Below, one piece after another: positions 49,047-57,739 of a stretch of DNA of 61,432 nucleotides. The position numbers were made by a program, and so were the translations under genes. Under the pieces are notes generated by a model. That model saw nothing but the letters and a program-made list of their open reading frames with translations. It did no database searches and had not been told where the DNA came from. How positions within the stretch are numbered: the stretch's first letter is position 1; the number at the start of each line of letters is the position of its first letter. This DNA comes from Dehalococcoidia bacterium (GTDB lineage: Bacteria; Chloroflexota; Dehalococcoidia; Lucifugimonadales; UBA2985): the NCBI GenBank assembly GCA_963580875.1, contig CAUZMC010000004.1, positions 1 to 61,432 of the forward strand, read 5' to 3'.

Positions 49047-49793
49047 ATGCATCGGTTCTTCGTAGCTCCTCAGTGTATTCACGAAGGCCAGGCCACTGTG
49101 AATGGTCAGGTAGCCCGTCAGGCGGCTCGGGTGCTTCGACTACAGCCAGGAGACAACATTGTCTTAATGGACGACTCTGGTAGTGAATATGTTGTTACAC
49201 TCCGTAGCATATCTTCCTCTAGTTTGGAAGGTGATGTGATTGAGGAACGGAAGGGCCTTGGTGATCCTGGTGTAACGTTGAATCTCTACCAGGGGGTTCT
49301 AAAAGGTGACAAATTTGAGATGGTTCTCCAAAAAGGTACAGAGATAGGTATTTCTAATTTTGTTCCGGTGTTGTGCCGGCGAAGCATACCAAGGGCGTCG
49401 AAGGAGTGGGCTGACGGCAGACATTCACGATGGTACAGTATACTCACCGAGGCATCAGAACAGTCTGGACGAGCCTGTATACCTATATTGGGTTCCACTG
49501 CCTCTTTGAGCGAAACCATAACAGTGGCTTCTGGCCTGCGTCTCATGGCTTGGGAGGGAGAAACGGAGAGGGGCTTCAGAGAAACTCTCGTTGAGAATAT
49601 GGATGAGATTAAGGAAAGTGGGCTCAGTTTTTTTGTGGGACCGGAAGGCGGCTTTGACCACGAGGAAGTTGAGGAGGCTCGTGATGCCGGAGTGGTGTTG
49701 GTGAGTCTGGGACAGCGCATACTCAGAGGCGAGACGGCTGGACTTGCTATGGCTGTCGCTGCAATGTACCAGGTAGGTGAGATGGGCAAGTAG
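49047..49793 (+). CDS. rsmE: 16S rRNA (uracil1498-N3)-methyltransferase
   Basis: MHRFFV start at internal ATG 49047. C-terminal GPEGGF...E and LG.RILR.ETA SPOUT motifs. Confidence 0.88.
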   Translation: MHRFFVAPQCIHEGQATVNGQVARQAARVLRLQPGDNIVLMDDSGSEYVVTLRSISSSSLEGDVIEERKGLGDPGVTLNLYQGVLKGDKFEMVLQKGTEIGISNFVPVLCRRSIPRASKEWADGRHSRWYSILTEASEQSGRACIPILGSTASLSETITVASGLRLMAWEGETERGFRETLVENMDEIKESGLSFFVGPEGGFDHEEVEEARDAGVVLVSLGQRILRGETAGLAMAVAAMYQVGEMGK

Positions 49794-49875
49794 GCTAATA
49801 TATAGACAAAAGGTCGTCCGGTAAGCTACACAATTTATACTATTCTTATCAGGATATCCTTGTGGGAGGCCGATC

Positions 49876-50304
49876 ATGGTTAAATCAGAAAATCTTCAGG
49901 AAGCGTACACTAGCCTGGAGCACGGTTTTGAGATGCAGGAAGAGAACACTATAGATGCGGGGTGTCTCCTGACCTTTGAGTATGAATATCCAGAACAAGA
50001 ATGCGAGATAATAATAGATAGCGATGAGTTCACTGCAGTGTGTCCCTGGACAGGACTTCCAGATTTCGGCACGGTTGTTATTCGCTACGTGCCAAACATG
50101 AAGCTCCTTGAACTTAAATCCTTCAAATATTACTTGCTATCGTATAGGCAGGTGGGAATAGTCCAAGAGCACGTTGCCAATCGGATACTTCAAGACTTAG
50201 CGGCGGTTTGCCAGCCCCGTAGCATGGCTCTAACCCTGGACTACAAGACACGCGGTGGTATACACACAGCGGTAGAGATAGCTTATAAAGCTCCAGAGAT
50301 GTAA
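49876..50304 (+). CDS. queF: NADPH-dependent 7-cyano-7-deazaguanine reductase
   Basis: 142 aa, EFTAVCPWTGLPDF and ELKSFKYYL QueF motifs. Confidence 0.9.
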   Translation: MVKSENLQEAYTSLEHGFEMQEENTIDAGCLLTFEYEYPEQECEIIIDSDEFTAVCPWTGLPDFGTVVIRYVPNMKLLELKSFKYYLLSYRQVGIVQEHVANRILQDLAAVCQPRSMALTLDYKTRGGIHTAVEIAYKAPEM

Positions 50305-50323
50305 TTCAGGTTGTGCTGTAGCC

Positions 50324-50644
50324 TTATTTTTCGCTACTAGGGCCAACCAGTATATCTGATCCTTCTACCTTGACTGAGTATATCGTCAACGGCTCATAGG
50401 CGGGAGCACTTACTACTTCGCCTGTTCTCACATCGAACTGGCTGCCATGACAGGGGCACTCGATTAACTTGCCATCCAGTGTCCCATCTGACAGTGAGCA
50501 TCCCGCATGGGTACATTCGTCTGGTACGGCGTAGAACTGACCTCCTATATTGGCTAGCATAATGCGTTCGTCCTCCACCTCCACAAGCATAAGCTCACCG
50601 ATCGGTAAATCTGTGGTAACAGCAACTTTAATAAAATGTTCCAA
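50324..50644 (-). CDS. Rieske [2Fe-2S] ferredoxin
   Basis: 106 aa, CTHAGCSL...CPCHGSQF cluster ligands. Confidence 0.9.
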   Translation of the reverse strand: MEHFIKVAVTTDLPIGELMLVEVEDERIMLANIGGQFYAVPDECTHAGCSLSDGTLDGKLIECPCHGSQFDVRTGEVVSAPAYEPLTIYSVKVEGSDILVGPSSEK

Positions 50645-50733
50645 TGTTCAATCTCCTATGTTTATTTGCAATGTAAAAATATTAACATATGTTGGTATTA
50701 GCCAGTAAGATAACAGTGGTGGGTAGAAAGGCT

Positions 50734-51474
50734 TTAGAGTAGCTTTTCCATCCTAGATGTTAAGAGTTCTCCACCATCGCCGAGAGTCCAGTACCAGACG
50801 AGGTAGCTTCCAGCACCAATTAGGGCTAGATTGCCTACAACGTCAACATATGGGAACACGCGACGGAGTATCTGTGAGACCGTTTCCCTGAAGAAGACTA
50901 CTGCTAGAGTGACACCTGTGAGAACCATTCCCATGCCAAGTCCATAGCTGGCGAACCTTATTAGAGATGACAATAAGTCTAGGTCTCCAAGGCGTTGTCC
51001 GGCCAGTATTCCAACCGCCGCTAAGAATACCGGGAAGGCACAACCTAGCGAACATATGGCATAGGCCATGCCAAAAAGGAACACTCCCTTTATGCCACGG
51101 TCATTGCTTGAGCTAACCCGTGAGGCTACCCAGATGCCCATGTGCCTTCCGCTTATGAGTAGCCAGAAGCCAAGGATCGCGATGGTTATGCCAACTCCTA
51201 GTCCTGCGAACGGGACTATGTTGAAGATTGCGTCTCCACCGACGGTGATGATTGATCCAACGATTAGCGACAGGATAACAAACCCTGAGGTGACCACTCC
51301 ACCTAGGTAGAAGCCACGCAGCACCGCCGCCAATGGGTTGGTGGTCTCGGCGTTTCCGCTTAATTGATATCCTATATACGCCGGAAGCATGGCAGCGCCA
51401 CAGGGGTTGAAGGCAGCTACCATGCCAGCGCCAAAGGCAAATGCTACCGATATATCAAATATGGAGTCCAGCAT
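50734..51474 (-). CDS. ccdA: cytochrome c biogenesis/thiol-disulfide transporter CcdA (DsbD family)
   Basis: 246 aa, six TM helices, with conserved Cys in TM1 (FNPCG) and TM4 (CSLGCAFP). Confidence 0.85.
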   Translation of the reverse strand: MLDSIFDISVAFAFGAGMVAAFNPCGAAMLPAYIGYQLSGNAETTNPLAAVLRGFYLGGVVTSGFVILSLIVGSIITVGGDAIFNIVPFAGLGVGITIAILGFWLLISGRHMGIWVASRVSSSNDRGIKGVFLFGMAYAICSLGCAFPVFLAAVGILAGQRLGDLDLLSSLIRFASYGLGMGMVLTGVTLAVVFFRETVSQILRRVFPYVDVVGNLALIGAGSYLVWYWTLGDGGELLTSRMEKLL

Positions 51475-51715
51475 GTTCTTCTCTTTAGTTCCTTATACTC
51501 ATTATACTCACATATGTTTTATGTATATACTGATGCAAGTCATGATTATGTCACCTCCACTGAGATTCATGTTTTACTACCTCAGTGCTGAAGGTGCAAT
51601 AGTATGATTGCGTGAGCTACTAGGCCTGCGCTGGCGGGGTTGTAAGGTTGTTCGTTTGCCGTGTTGGGAATATGAGCCAACCGAGAAGGAGATGTATGCA
51701 AGAACAGGATAGAGA

Positions 51716-52924
51716 ATGACTAATTCAGAGCTTGAACTAATAACCAAACGCCAACGTCTCATTCTGTTGATTGTGTCGGTTGCCGGGCATGGTCTAAAGC
51801 ACATGTTTAATGCTACCTTCTTCATTCTGCTTCCTGAGATCAAAACGGGCCTTGGGCTTAGCAATATGCAGATAGGTACACTATCTACATTCCGCGGAAT
51901 CGCTGGAGGTCTTGCAAATGTTCCTGCTGGCTTTCTCGGTGACAGATTCGCTAAGCGGCGTGCTGAGATTCTTGGATGTACAATTATAGTTGTGTCTTTC
52001 TTTGCTGTTGCGTTGGGTTTCGCAACGAATTTTTGGATGGCGGTGGTAGCTGCATCTCTACTCAGCGTGGCAATATCTTTTTGGCACCCAGCTGCGATTT
52101 CGTCCCTTTCCAGAGAATTCGCTTCTCGTAGAGGGTTCGCTATCTCTCTTCACGGTACCGGTGGGAGTATTGGTGAGACCTTGGGACCGGTATTGGTGGG
52201 ATCGCTTTTAGCGATTGTGAGCTGGCGCCTGATACTTCAAGGAAGCATGGTCCCTGGTCTGGTTTCGGGAATAGCGATTTGGGCTCTGCTACGTAATATT
52301 CCAACAGGTGAGGCTTCTGGAGCGAGTATTAGTCAGTATATTGGCTCTGTCTCAACCCTTCTACGCAACGGCAAACTCCTGTTGGTTCTCATATTTGCGG
52401 CGGGATTTGCCGGTGGGCAGAGCACTATTCTGACATTTTTGCCAATTTACCTGAATGAAGATTTGGGCGCTTCCAGTGTCACAATAGGTATGTATCTGTC
52501 CTTGGCACAGGTAGGAGGGATTGTGTCCCAGCCGTTGATAGGCCTTGCCTCTGACCGTTTAGGGCGAAAACTTATTTTGTCTCCGAGTTTGGCACTGTTG
52601 GGACTGTCGTTCATTGGACTCAGCATTGCTCCATCGGGTTGGATGTTTGGAATGGTTGTTCTTGGCATGGGTGCGTTCCTGTTTCCGTTGATGTCTATTC
52701 TGCTTGCTTCGGCGATGGACCTGGTAGCAGTCGGAGCACAGGCCACAACAGTTTCTCTTGTATTTGGCTCGGCGGTTGTCGTTTCTGCGTTAGCTCCAGC
52801 TATAGGGGGAATGCTAGCCGACTCATCGGGCACAGAATCGGCCTTCATGTTTGGTGCGGGACTTGTGTTGACAGTTTCGTTGTTATCTATGGTTACCAGA
52901 TGGCAACGAAGTGTTACTGATTAG
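51716..52924 (+). CDS. MFS transporter
   Basis: 402 aa, 12-helix pattern, GDRFAKRR loop motif. Confidence 0.85.
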   Translation: MTNSELELITKRQRLILLIVSVAGHGLKHMFNATFFILLPEIKTGLGLSNMQIGTLSTFRGIAGGLANVPAGFLGDRFAKRRAEILGCTIIVVSFFAVALGFATNFWMAVVAASLLSVAISFWHPAAISSLSREFASRRGFAISLHGTGGSIGETLGPVLVGSLLAIVSWRLILQGSMVPGLVSGIAIWALLRNIPTGEASGASISQYIGSVSTLLRNGKLLLVLIFAAGFAGGQSTILTFLPIYLNEDLGASSVTIGMYLSLAQVGGIVSQPLIGLASDRLGRKLILSPSLALLGLSFIGLSIAPSGWMFGMVVLGMGAFLFPLMSILLASAMDLVAVGAQATTVSLVFGSAVVVSALAPAIGGMLADSSGTESAFMFGAGLVLTVSLLSMVTRWQRSVTD

Positions 52925-52983
52925 ACCAGTTGCCTTGGATAGTGAGATTGAATGGCTCGGTTGATTAAAATTGTCAATTTTTG

Positions 52984-53013
52984 TTGACAACGATAGCTTT
53001 TACTTACTACAAT
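52984..53013 (+). promoter_or_regulatory. candidate sigma70-type promoter for the zinc-ribbon/recombinase-like gene pair
   Basis: TTGACA (52984-52989), 18-nt spacer, TACAAT (53008-53013). It would give a very short leader before the GTG 53023/53026 or ATG 53035 starts. Confidence 0.4.
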
Positions 53014-53034
53014 GACGACTATGTGGTGCCTACA

Positions 53035-53736
53035 ATGACAGTTGTACATCAGCTTTACGATATTTTAATTGTCGATGTGGAAATCGAAGGATATAATAAA
53101 TCCATTTCTACTATTGATGAGACATTGGCTGATAACCAACTGTTGCTGCGAACTCAACTCGTCGTGAGCGAGGCTCAGGCTAAGTTGATAAAACAGGAGA
53201 CAGAACGCAAAGACCTGGAACTCACGACAGAATCCTTTCGTGAAAAGGGAGATCAGTTGGAAATTACACTCTACGGTGGTACTGTGCGCAAGCCACGGGA
53301 GTTGAAAGATATGCAATTAGCGTTGGGCCTCATTCGAGAACAACAGAAACAGGAAGAGGATAACTTGCTCCTTGCCCTGGCGGCCACAGAGGAAACAGAA
53401 GAGCGACTTGGTAGTCTTAAGAGTGCCCTTAATGAGATTCTGACGTCACGACGAAAAGAGCATGAACAACTTCTGGGAGAGAAAACACATCTGCAAGAGG
53501 ACTCGGCTGTTCTGGGGGAGAAACGTAAAGTGATGTCTGCACTCGTGGATGCAGCGGATTTGAGACTATACGACTCCATTCGTGCTATTCGCCAGGGACG
53601 GGCAGTGGCAATAGTCGAAAGAGGCACGTGCCAGGGATGTCGCATTTCTCTGCCTGTAAAAGTGGTGCAATCGGCTCGTAACGGTGTAAATCTTGTGCAA
53701 TGTCCCAGTTGCAGCCGGATATTGTACGTACGCTGA
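53035..53736 (+). CDS. COG1579-type coiled-coil protein with C-terminal C4 zinc ribbon
   Basis: Long coiled coil, then LYDSIRAIRQGRAVAIVERGTCQGCRISLP...VQCPSCSRILYV. The start could be 53023, 53026 or 53035. Confidence 0.85.
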   Translation: MTVVHQLYDILIVDVEIEGYNKSISTIDETLADNQLLLRTQLVVSEAQAKLIKQETERKDLELTTESFREKGDQLEITLYGGTVRKPRELKDMQLALGLIREQQKQEEDNLLLALAATEETEERLGSLKSALNEILTSRRKEHEQLLGEKTHLQEDSAVLGEKRKVMSALVDAADLRLYDSIRAIRQGRAVAIVERGTCQGCRISLPVKVVQSARNGVNLVQCPSCSRILYVR

Positions 53737-53742
53737 TTACCT

Positions 53743-55122
53743 ATGAAGGCTATAGGTTACTTTTCCGTCCGTGATAGAGCAGATGTGGATGATGTGCTTT
53801 CGGGGCAACTACAGGCCTTTTCCACCTATTGTCAGAGGCATATACACCAGCCAGTAGAGACATTTGTCGACTATGATTTGGATGACGGCGAGCACCCTCG
53901 ATATCGAGATATGCTGGCTTACCTAAGGCAATCTGACTCTGAATTCCTTGTTATCATTGCAGGCTCTCAACACCTTGGGAATACTCTGGAATCCTTCGTG
54001 CGCCGTGTTCTGGAATTGGATGCCCAAGGAGCCAAAGTTATTTGCAATGACGAAGAGCTGCCAGATCCACTACAGCAAGCTCTTAAATATTGGCATAGTA
54101 CTAAGAGTGGCAGTGACAGGGGAGAGCGCATCAAGGAAGCTATGAAAGCCAAAGCCATTCGTGGAGAGGGGCTTGGCAAACCTCCCTTTGGATACAAGAT
54201 TGGATCCAAAGGGAAATTGGAGATTGTACCTGGCGAAGGTGCCATTGTTCGGCTCATATTCAATTTGTACACAAATGAAAATATTGGTATGCGGCGCATA
54301 GTTCACTATCTAAATGAGAAGGAGACACCAACCAGAAGCGGACGTGGTTGGAGCATAGTTACGGTAAGAGATATTCTGCGTAACCGCTCTTATCTGGGTA
54401 CATACATACGTTTTGGCATGAGGGTTCCGCGCAGTCACGAGGCAATTATTGACTCCGATGAGTTCAACGTAACTCAGGAGAAAATGGCGCATGGAAGGAC
54501 TCCTCGCGTGATGCATGCAAGCGAGCCGTTTCTTTTGTCAACATTTGTATATTGCGCTTCCTGTGGGAATCGTATGATTGGTGTTAGTCGCCGTCAGGGA
54601 TGGAGTCGCAAGGATGGCTCTAGGACAGTGGGGCAGTATCGCTACTATCAGTGCCAGTCTAGAACCAACCAGGGGATGTGTTCTTATCATACCTGGCGAT
54701 CCGATATTTTGGAAAAAATGGTGCTCTCTCATGCTAAAGAAGCGTTAGAGTCTGGAGATGCGAAACTACATTTGTCTGAGGCATTGTCCCGACGCTCCAA
54801 TGATGCTGAGAAGAATGTTGAACGCCTTAATGCGCAGTTCCTGCGAGCCTTTGAAAGCGCCGCTGCAGGAGTTAGCTCTCTGGAACGACTCCGATCCACG
54901 TTGGAAGATGTGGATGCTGAGAGAGATACTCTTGCAGGTAGAGTTTTGCATGAAGGCTCGTTGTTGGAGGTTATGTCCAGCGGAGATTCGTCCTCTTTGC
55001 TGCAGAGATGGGATTCCCTGGATACGGACACCGCGAGGCATGTTTTGAGAGCGTTGGTCTCTCGCGTTTCTGTTGGCGATGATGAGGTGGAACTTATTTT
55101 CCATACAGAGGAACAGGCTTAG
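53743..55122 (+). CDS. large serine recombinase-family protein with apparently degenerate catalytic motifs
   Basis: 459 aa. Resolvase-like N-domain, recombinase domain (PPFGYKI...LEIVPGEGAIVRLIF...GWSIVTVRDILRNRSYLGTY), zinc-ribbon (CASCGNRM...YYQCQSR) and coiled-coil tail. YxRVS reads GYFSVRD and (L)DRLxR reads GSQHLGN. Confidence 0.75.
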   Translation: MKAIGYFSVRDRADVDDVLSGQLQAFSTYCQRHIHQPVETFVDYDLDDGEHPRYRDMLAYLRQSDSEFLVIIAGSQHLGNTLESFVRRVLELDAQGAKVICNDEELPDPLQQALKYWHSTKSGSDRGERIKEAMKAKAIRGEGLGKPPFGYKIGSKGKLEIVPGEGAIVRLIFNLYTNENIGMRRIVHYLNEKETPTRSGRGWSIVTVRDILRNRSYLGTYIRFGMRVPRSHEAIIDSDEFNVTQEKMAHGRTPRVMHASEPFLLSTFVYCASCGNRMIGVSRRQGWSRKDGSRTVGQYRYYQCQSRTNQGMCSYHTWRSDILEKMVLSHAKEALESGDAKLHLSEALSRRSNDAEKNVERLNAQFLRAFESAAAGVSSLERLRSTLEDVDAERDTLAGRVLHEGSLLEVMSSGDSSSLLQRWDSLDTDTARHVLRALVSRVSVGDDEVELIFHTEEQA

Positions 55123-55143
55123 TGTTTAGCGCTCTTCTTTGAC

Positions 55144-55161
55144 CACCAGCTATTGCTGGTG
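55144..55161 (+). terminator. small hairpin between the recombinase-like gene and rnpB
   Basis: caccagc-tatt-gctggtg (7-bp stem). No clear U-tract. Confidence 0.25.
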
Positions 55162-55176
55162 CTAAACTGAAATGCA

Positions 55177-55536
55177 GTTGATAGGTAGGCCGGGTGATCG
55201 CCCTGACATTGTCGGGGAGGAAAGTCCGAGCTCCATAGGGCAGGGTGCTGGCTAACGGCCAGGCGGGGTAACCCGACGGAAAGTGCCACAGAAACAATAC
55301 CGCCTCGATTTATCGAGGTAAGGGCGAAATGGTGAGGTAAGAGCTCACCGCTCCTATGGCGACATTGGAGGCAGGGCAAACCCCACCCGGAGCAAGGCTA
55401 AATAGGGGGACAATGGGTGCCCATCCCGTCCCCGGGTTGGCTGCTAGAGGCTTCGAGCAATCGGAGTCCCAGATAGATGATCATCATCCCGGCTATGCTG
55501 GGATACAGGACTCGGCTTACAGGCCTGCCTATCAAC
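55177..55536 (+). ncRNA. rnpB: RNase P RNA, bacterial type A
   Basis: P1 pairing gttgataggtaggcc (55177-55191) with ggcctgcctatcaac (55522-55536). Conserved blocks GGAGGAAAGTCCG, GGGTGCTGGCTAACGGCCAG, GAAAGTGCCACAGAAA, GGTAAGGGCGAAATGGTG, ACAGGACTCGGCTTACAG. Confidence 0.93.
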
Positions 55537-55537
55537 A

Positions 55538-56353
55538 ATGACCTCTTACGAAAAAATGTTTTCAGATCATTTAGACGAAGAATCTATCAAGCGCTGTCTT
55601 TCAACATCCATCTTGGGCTCCTTGATTGTCTATTTACACACAACGGAATCCACTATGGACGACGCGAGGAAGGCGGCCTATGACAACGCTCCGGAAGGAA
55701 CACTGGTTGTGGCTGAAGAGCAGACAGTTGGTCGTGGGCGCTTTCAGAGGACGTGGGTTTCTCCACCAGGCGGGAATATATATCTATCTCTGCTCTTACG
55801 CCCAGGCCCATATTACGCTTCCCAACTGACCATGATGGCATCGCTAGCCTTAGTCAGAGCCATACGCCGTACTATCCCGGACAAAACCAATGTCACAATC
55901 AAGTGGCCTAACGATGTACGCATTAGTGGAATGAAGATAGCAGGAATCTTGGTGGAAAGCTCTCTGGCCCTGGAGGGCACGGATAATTTTTCAATAATTG
56001 GCATGGGGGTTAACGTTAACTTTGACCCCGGAGAGTACCCAGATATAAAAGATACAGCCACCAGTATTCAAAGAGAATTGGGGTATCCGATTCAGCGTGT
56101 GCAGCTTTTGGGGGCAATCATGGAGGAAATGGAAGAGCTTTACCTGTTCATTAAGCAAGGAGGCTCTGTCCGTGAGGAGTGGGCGTCGCTGCTTGATACC
56201 ATTGGGCATAAAGTGAGGGTCGCCTGGGGAGATCAGGTGTATGAGGGGTATGCACAGGGCGTGGATGATGATGGAGGCCTAGTTCTGCGTCTTGCCGACG
56301 GCTCAATTCAGGCCCTTGCAGCAGGAGAGGTGACTCTCCGAACTTTTGACTAA
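55538..56353 (+). CDS. birA: biotin--[acetyl-CoA-carboxylase] ligase (no HTH domain)
   Basis: 271 aa, QTVGRGRFQRTWVSPPGGNIYLS and KWPNDV motifs. The start may be 55538 or ATG 55553. Confidence 0.9.
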   Translation: MTSYEKMFSDHLDEESIKRCLSTSILGSLIVYLHTTESTMDDARKAAYDNAPEGTLVVAEEQTVGRGRFQRTWVSPPGGNIYLSLLLRPGPYYASQLTMMASLALVRAIRRTIPDKTNVTIKWPNDVRISGMKIAGILVESSLALEGTDNFSIIGMGVNVNFDPGEYPDIKDTATSIQRELGYPIQRVQLLGAIMEEMEELYLFIKQGGSVREEWASLLDTIGHKVRVAWGDQVYEGYAQGVDDDGGLVLRLADGSIQALAAGEVTLRTFD

Positions 56354-56356
56354 TTA

Positions 56357-57304
56357 CTAGAACGGAAGGGTTTCGCCTGCGCCTTCGGCTTTGGCACGCT
56401 CGAATATATGGGCCGCAACAGCCACGTCTTCGAGTGCTATTCCCTGTGATTCAAACAGCGTGATATCCTTGGTGAATGTTCGTCCTGATGTCTTGCCGGT
56501 CACAACTTGACCCAACTCCAGCACGGTATCCCAAATTAGCAGTCCGGAATCTGCTGGCATTACAAGGTCAGCACACTCTATTTTGGCCTGGTCTACCGCG
56601 TCGGCAACTATAATAGAGCAACGCGTTACAGCTGCGTCATCGAGTTCACGACGGGCTAGAGAGTTGGCACCGGCAGCATTGATGTGCATACCTGGCTCAA
56701 GCCAGTCGCCGAGTATAACAGGCTCAAGTGTCCTAACATTGGTGATGGCTATGGCGATGTCAGTACCTTGTACCGCTTCCTGCCCCGATGAAACAGGCAA
56801 CACTTCTATGCCCAGAGAGTCGCTCATTGTACGACAGAATTCCTCGCGGCGCTCTTGAGTACGACTGTACGCCTTGATGGTCCTGATTGGCCGGACTGCA
56901 CATACGGCTGAAAGCTGTGTTATGGCTTGGTTTCCAGTGCCAATTATGCCGACTGATGATGCATTCTCGCGGGCCATGTACTTGGTGGCAACACCGCTGG
57001 CGGCTCCGGTGCGGATTTGCCCCAATGAACCTGCCTCCATAACTGCCAGCAACTGTCTAGGTTCACCTCCGTATAGCAAAACCAGGGGCTTTCCTGCACC
57101 CATTGTTTTGAAGCCAGCGACTCCGCGCTCGCCAAGAGCCGCTACCATCATGGTCACACCAATGCTTCCTGCCTGTGCACGTTCCCGAGGCAGATTGACG
57201 CCTGTTCCGTTGCCCTGCTCCTTGAATCCTTGCTCAACCATTTCTATTGCTTTATTGATTGGGAGAAGACGGACTATGTCTTCCTCACGAAGAAATATCG
57301 CCAT
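56357..57304 (-). CDS. ornithine cyclodeaminase/mu-crystallin family protein
   Basis: 315 aa. Rossmann motif IIGTGNQA, family-typical N-terminal region. Confidence 0.85.
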   Translation of the reverse strand: MAIFLREEDIVRLLPINKAIEMVEQGFKEQGNGTGVNLPRERAQAGSIGVTMMVAALGERGVAGFKTMGAGKPLVLLYGGEPRQLLAVMEAGSLGQIRTGAASGVATKYMARENASSVGIIGTGNQAITQLSAVCAVRPIRTIKAYSRTQERREEFCRTMSDSLGIEVLPVSSGQEAVQGTDIAIAITNVRTLEPVILGDWLEPGMHINAAGANSLARRELDDAAVTRCSIIVADAVDQAKIECADLVMPADSGLLIWDTVLELGQVVTGKTSGRTFTKDITLFESQGIALEDVAVAAHIFERAKAEGAGETLPF

Positions 57305-57397
57305 TATGTTGGTCTCCTTTAGATTGGATAGGTTGTTGGTAATGCCGTGGCATTACCATGAGTGTGATTTAGCCGCTTCATCATGCGGGCCGACGGC

Positions 57398-57538
57398 TTA
57401 GTCCTCTGTCTCCAGCACCAGGGGCGTTTGGTCATGATTGGCCCACTCTCCCATAGAACCGTCGTAGTTGTGGACCTTGTCGTAACCAAGGAGGGTGAGA
57501 ACGAATGCTCCGTGCGGCGCACGGATTCCTCCCTGTCA
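57398..57538 (-). pseudogene. C-terminal remnant of a rhodanese-domain gene, with TGA at the catalytic-Cys position
   Basis: The frame reads [TGA]QGGIRAPHGAFVLTLLGYDKVHNYDGSMGEWANHDQTPLVLETED*, matching the rhodanese C(R/Q)xGxR(S/A) loop and downstream helix. About 60 aa of upstream domain are absent, with stops in all frames. Confidence 0.5.
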
Positions 57539-57739
57539 TAATTCACTTCCAGTAGTTCATTCTTAGAATGTACGATCATGATTCTTTATGCGCAGATTGT
57601 ATCATAATGCGGGAACGATCTTTCTGGTATATACGTGTGTGGGGAGAGTTGGGTTGCGTTACAGCACTGATTTGCCTACAATGTGCGCGATAATCACTGA
57701 GTGTCTATATTGTCCGTTCAATTACTTAAGGTGTGAATA

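Noticed and set aside
49794-49875. Possible preQ1 riboswitch upstream of queF. It contains AGCUACAC, reminiscent of the preQ1-I loop.
   Set aside because: I could not form the required P1 helix or find the A-rich tail with an ACUAAGG-like RBS pairing, so this is only a short chance match.
53743-55122. An active integrase marking a prophage, ICE or other mobile element.
   Set aside because: Flanking genes are housekeeping (COG1579, rnpB, birA). No phage or conjugation cargo and no flanking repeats are visible, and the catalytic motifs look degenerate. It was reported instead as a possibly domesticated homologue.
57319-57579. 86-aa minus-strand ORF upstream of the ornithine-cyclodeaminase-family gene.
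   Set aside because: A different frame of the same DNA gives a clear rhodanese C-terminal motif. The listed ORF is a read-through of that remnant in the wrong frame.
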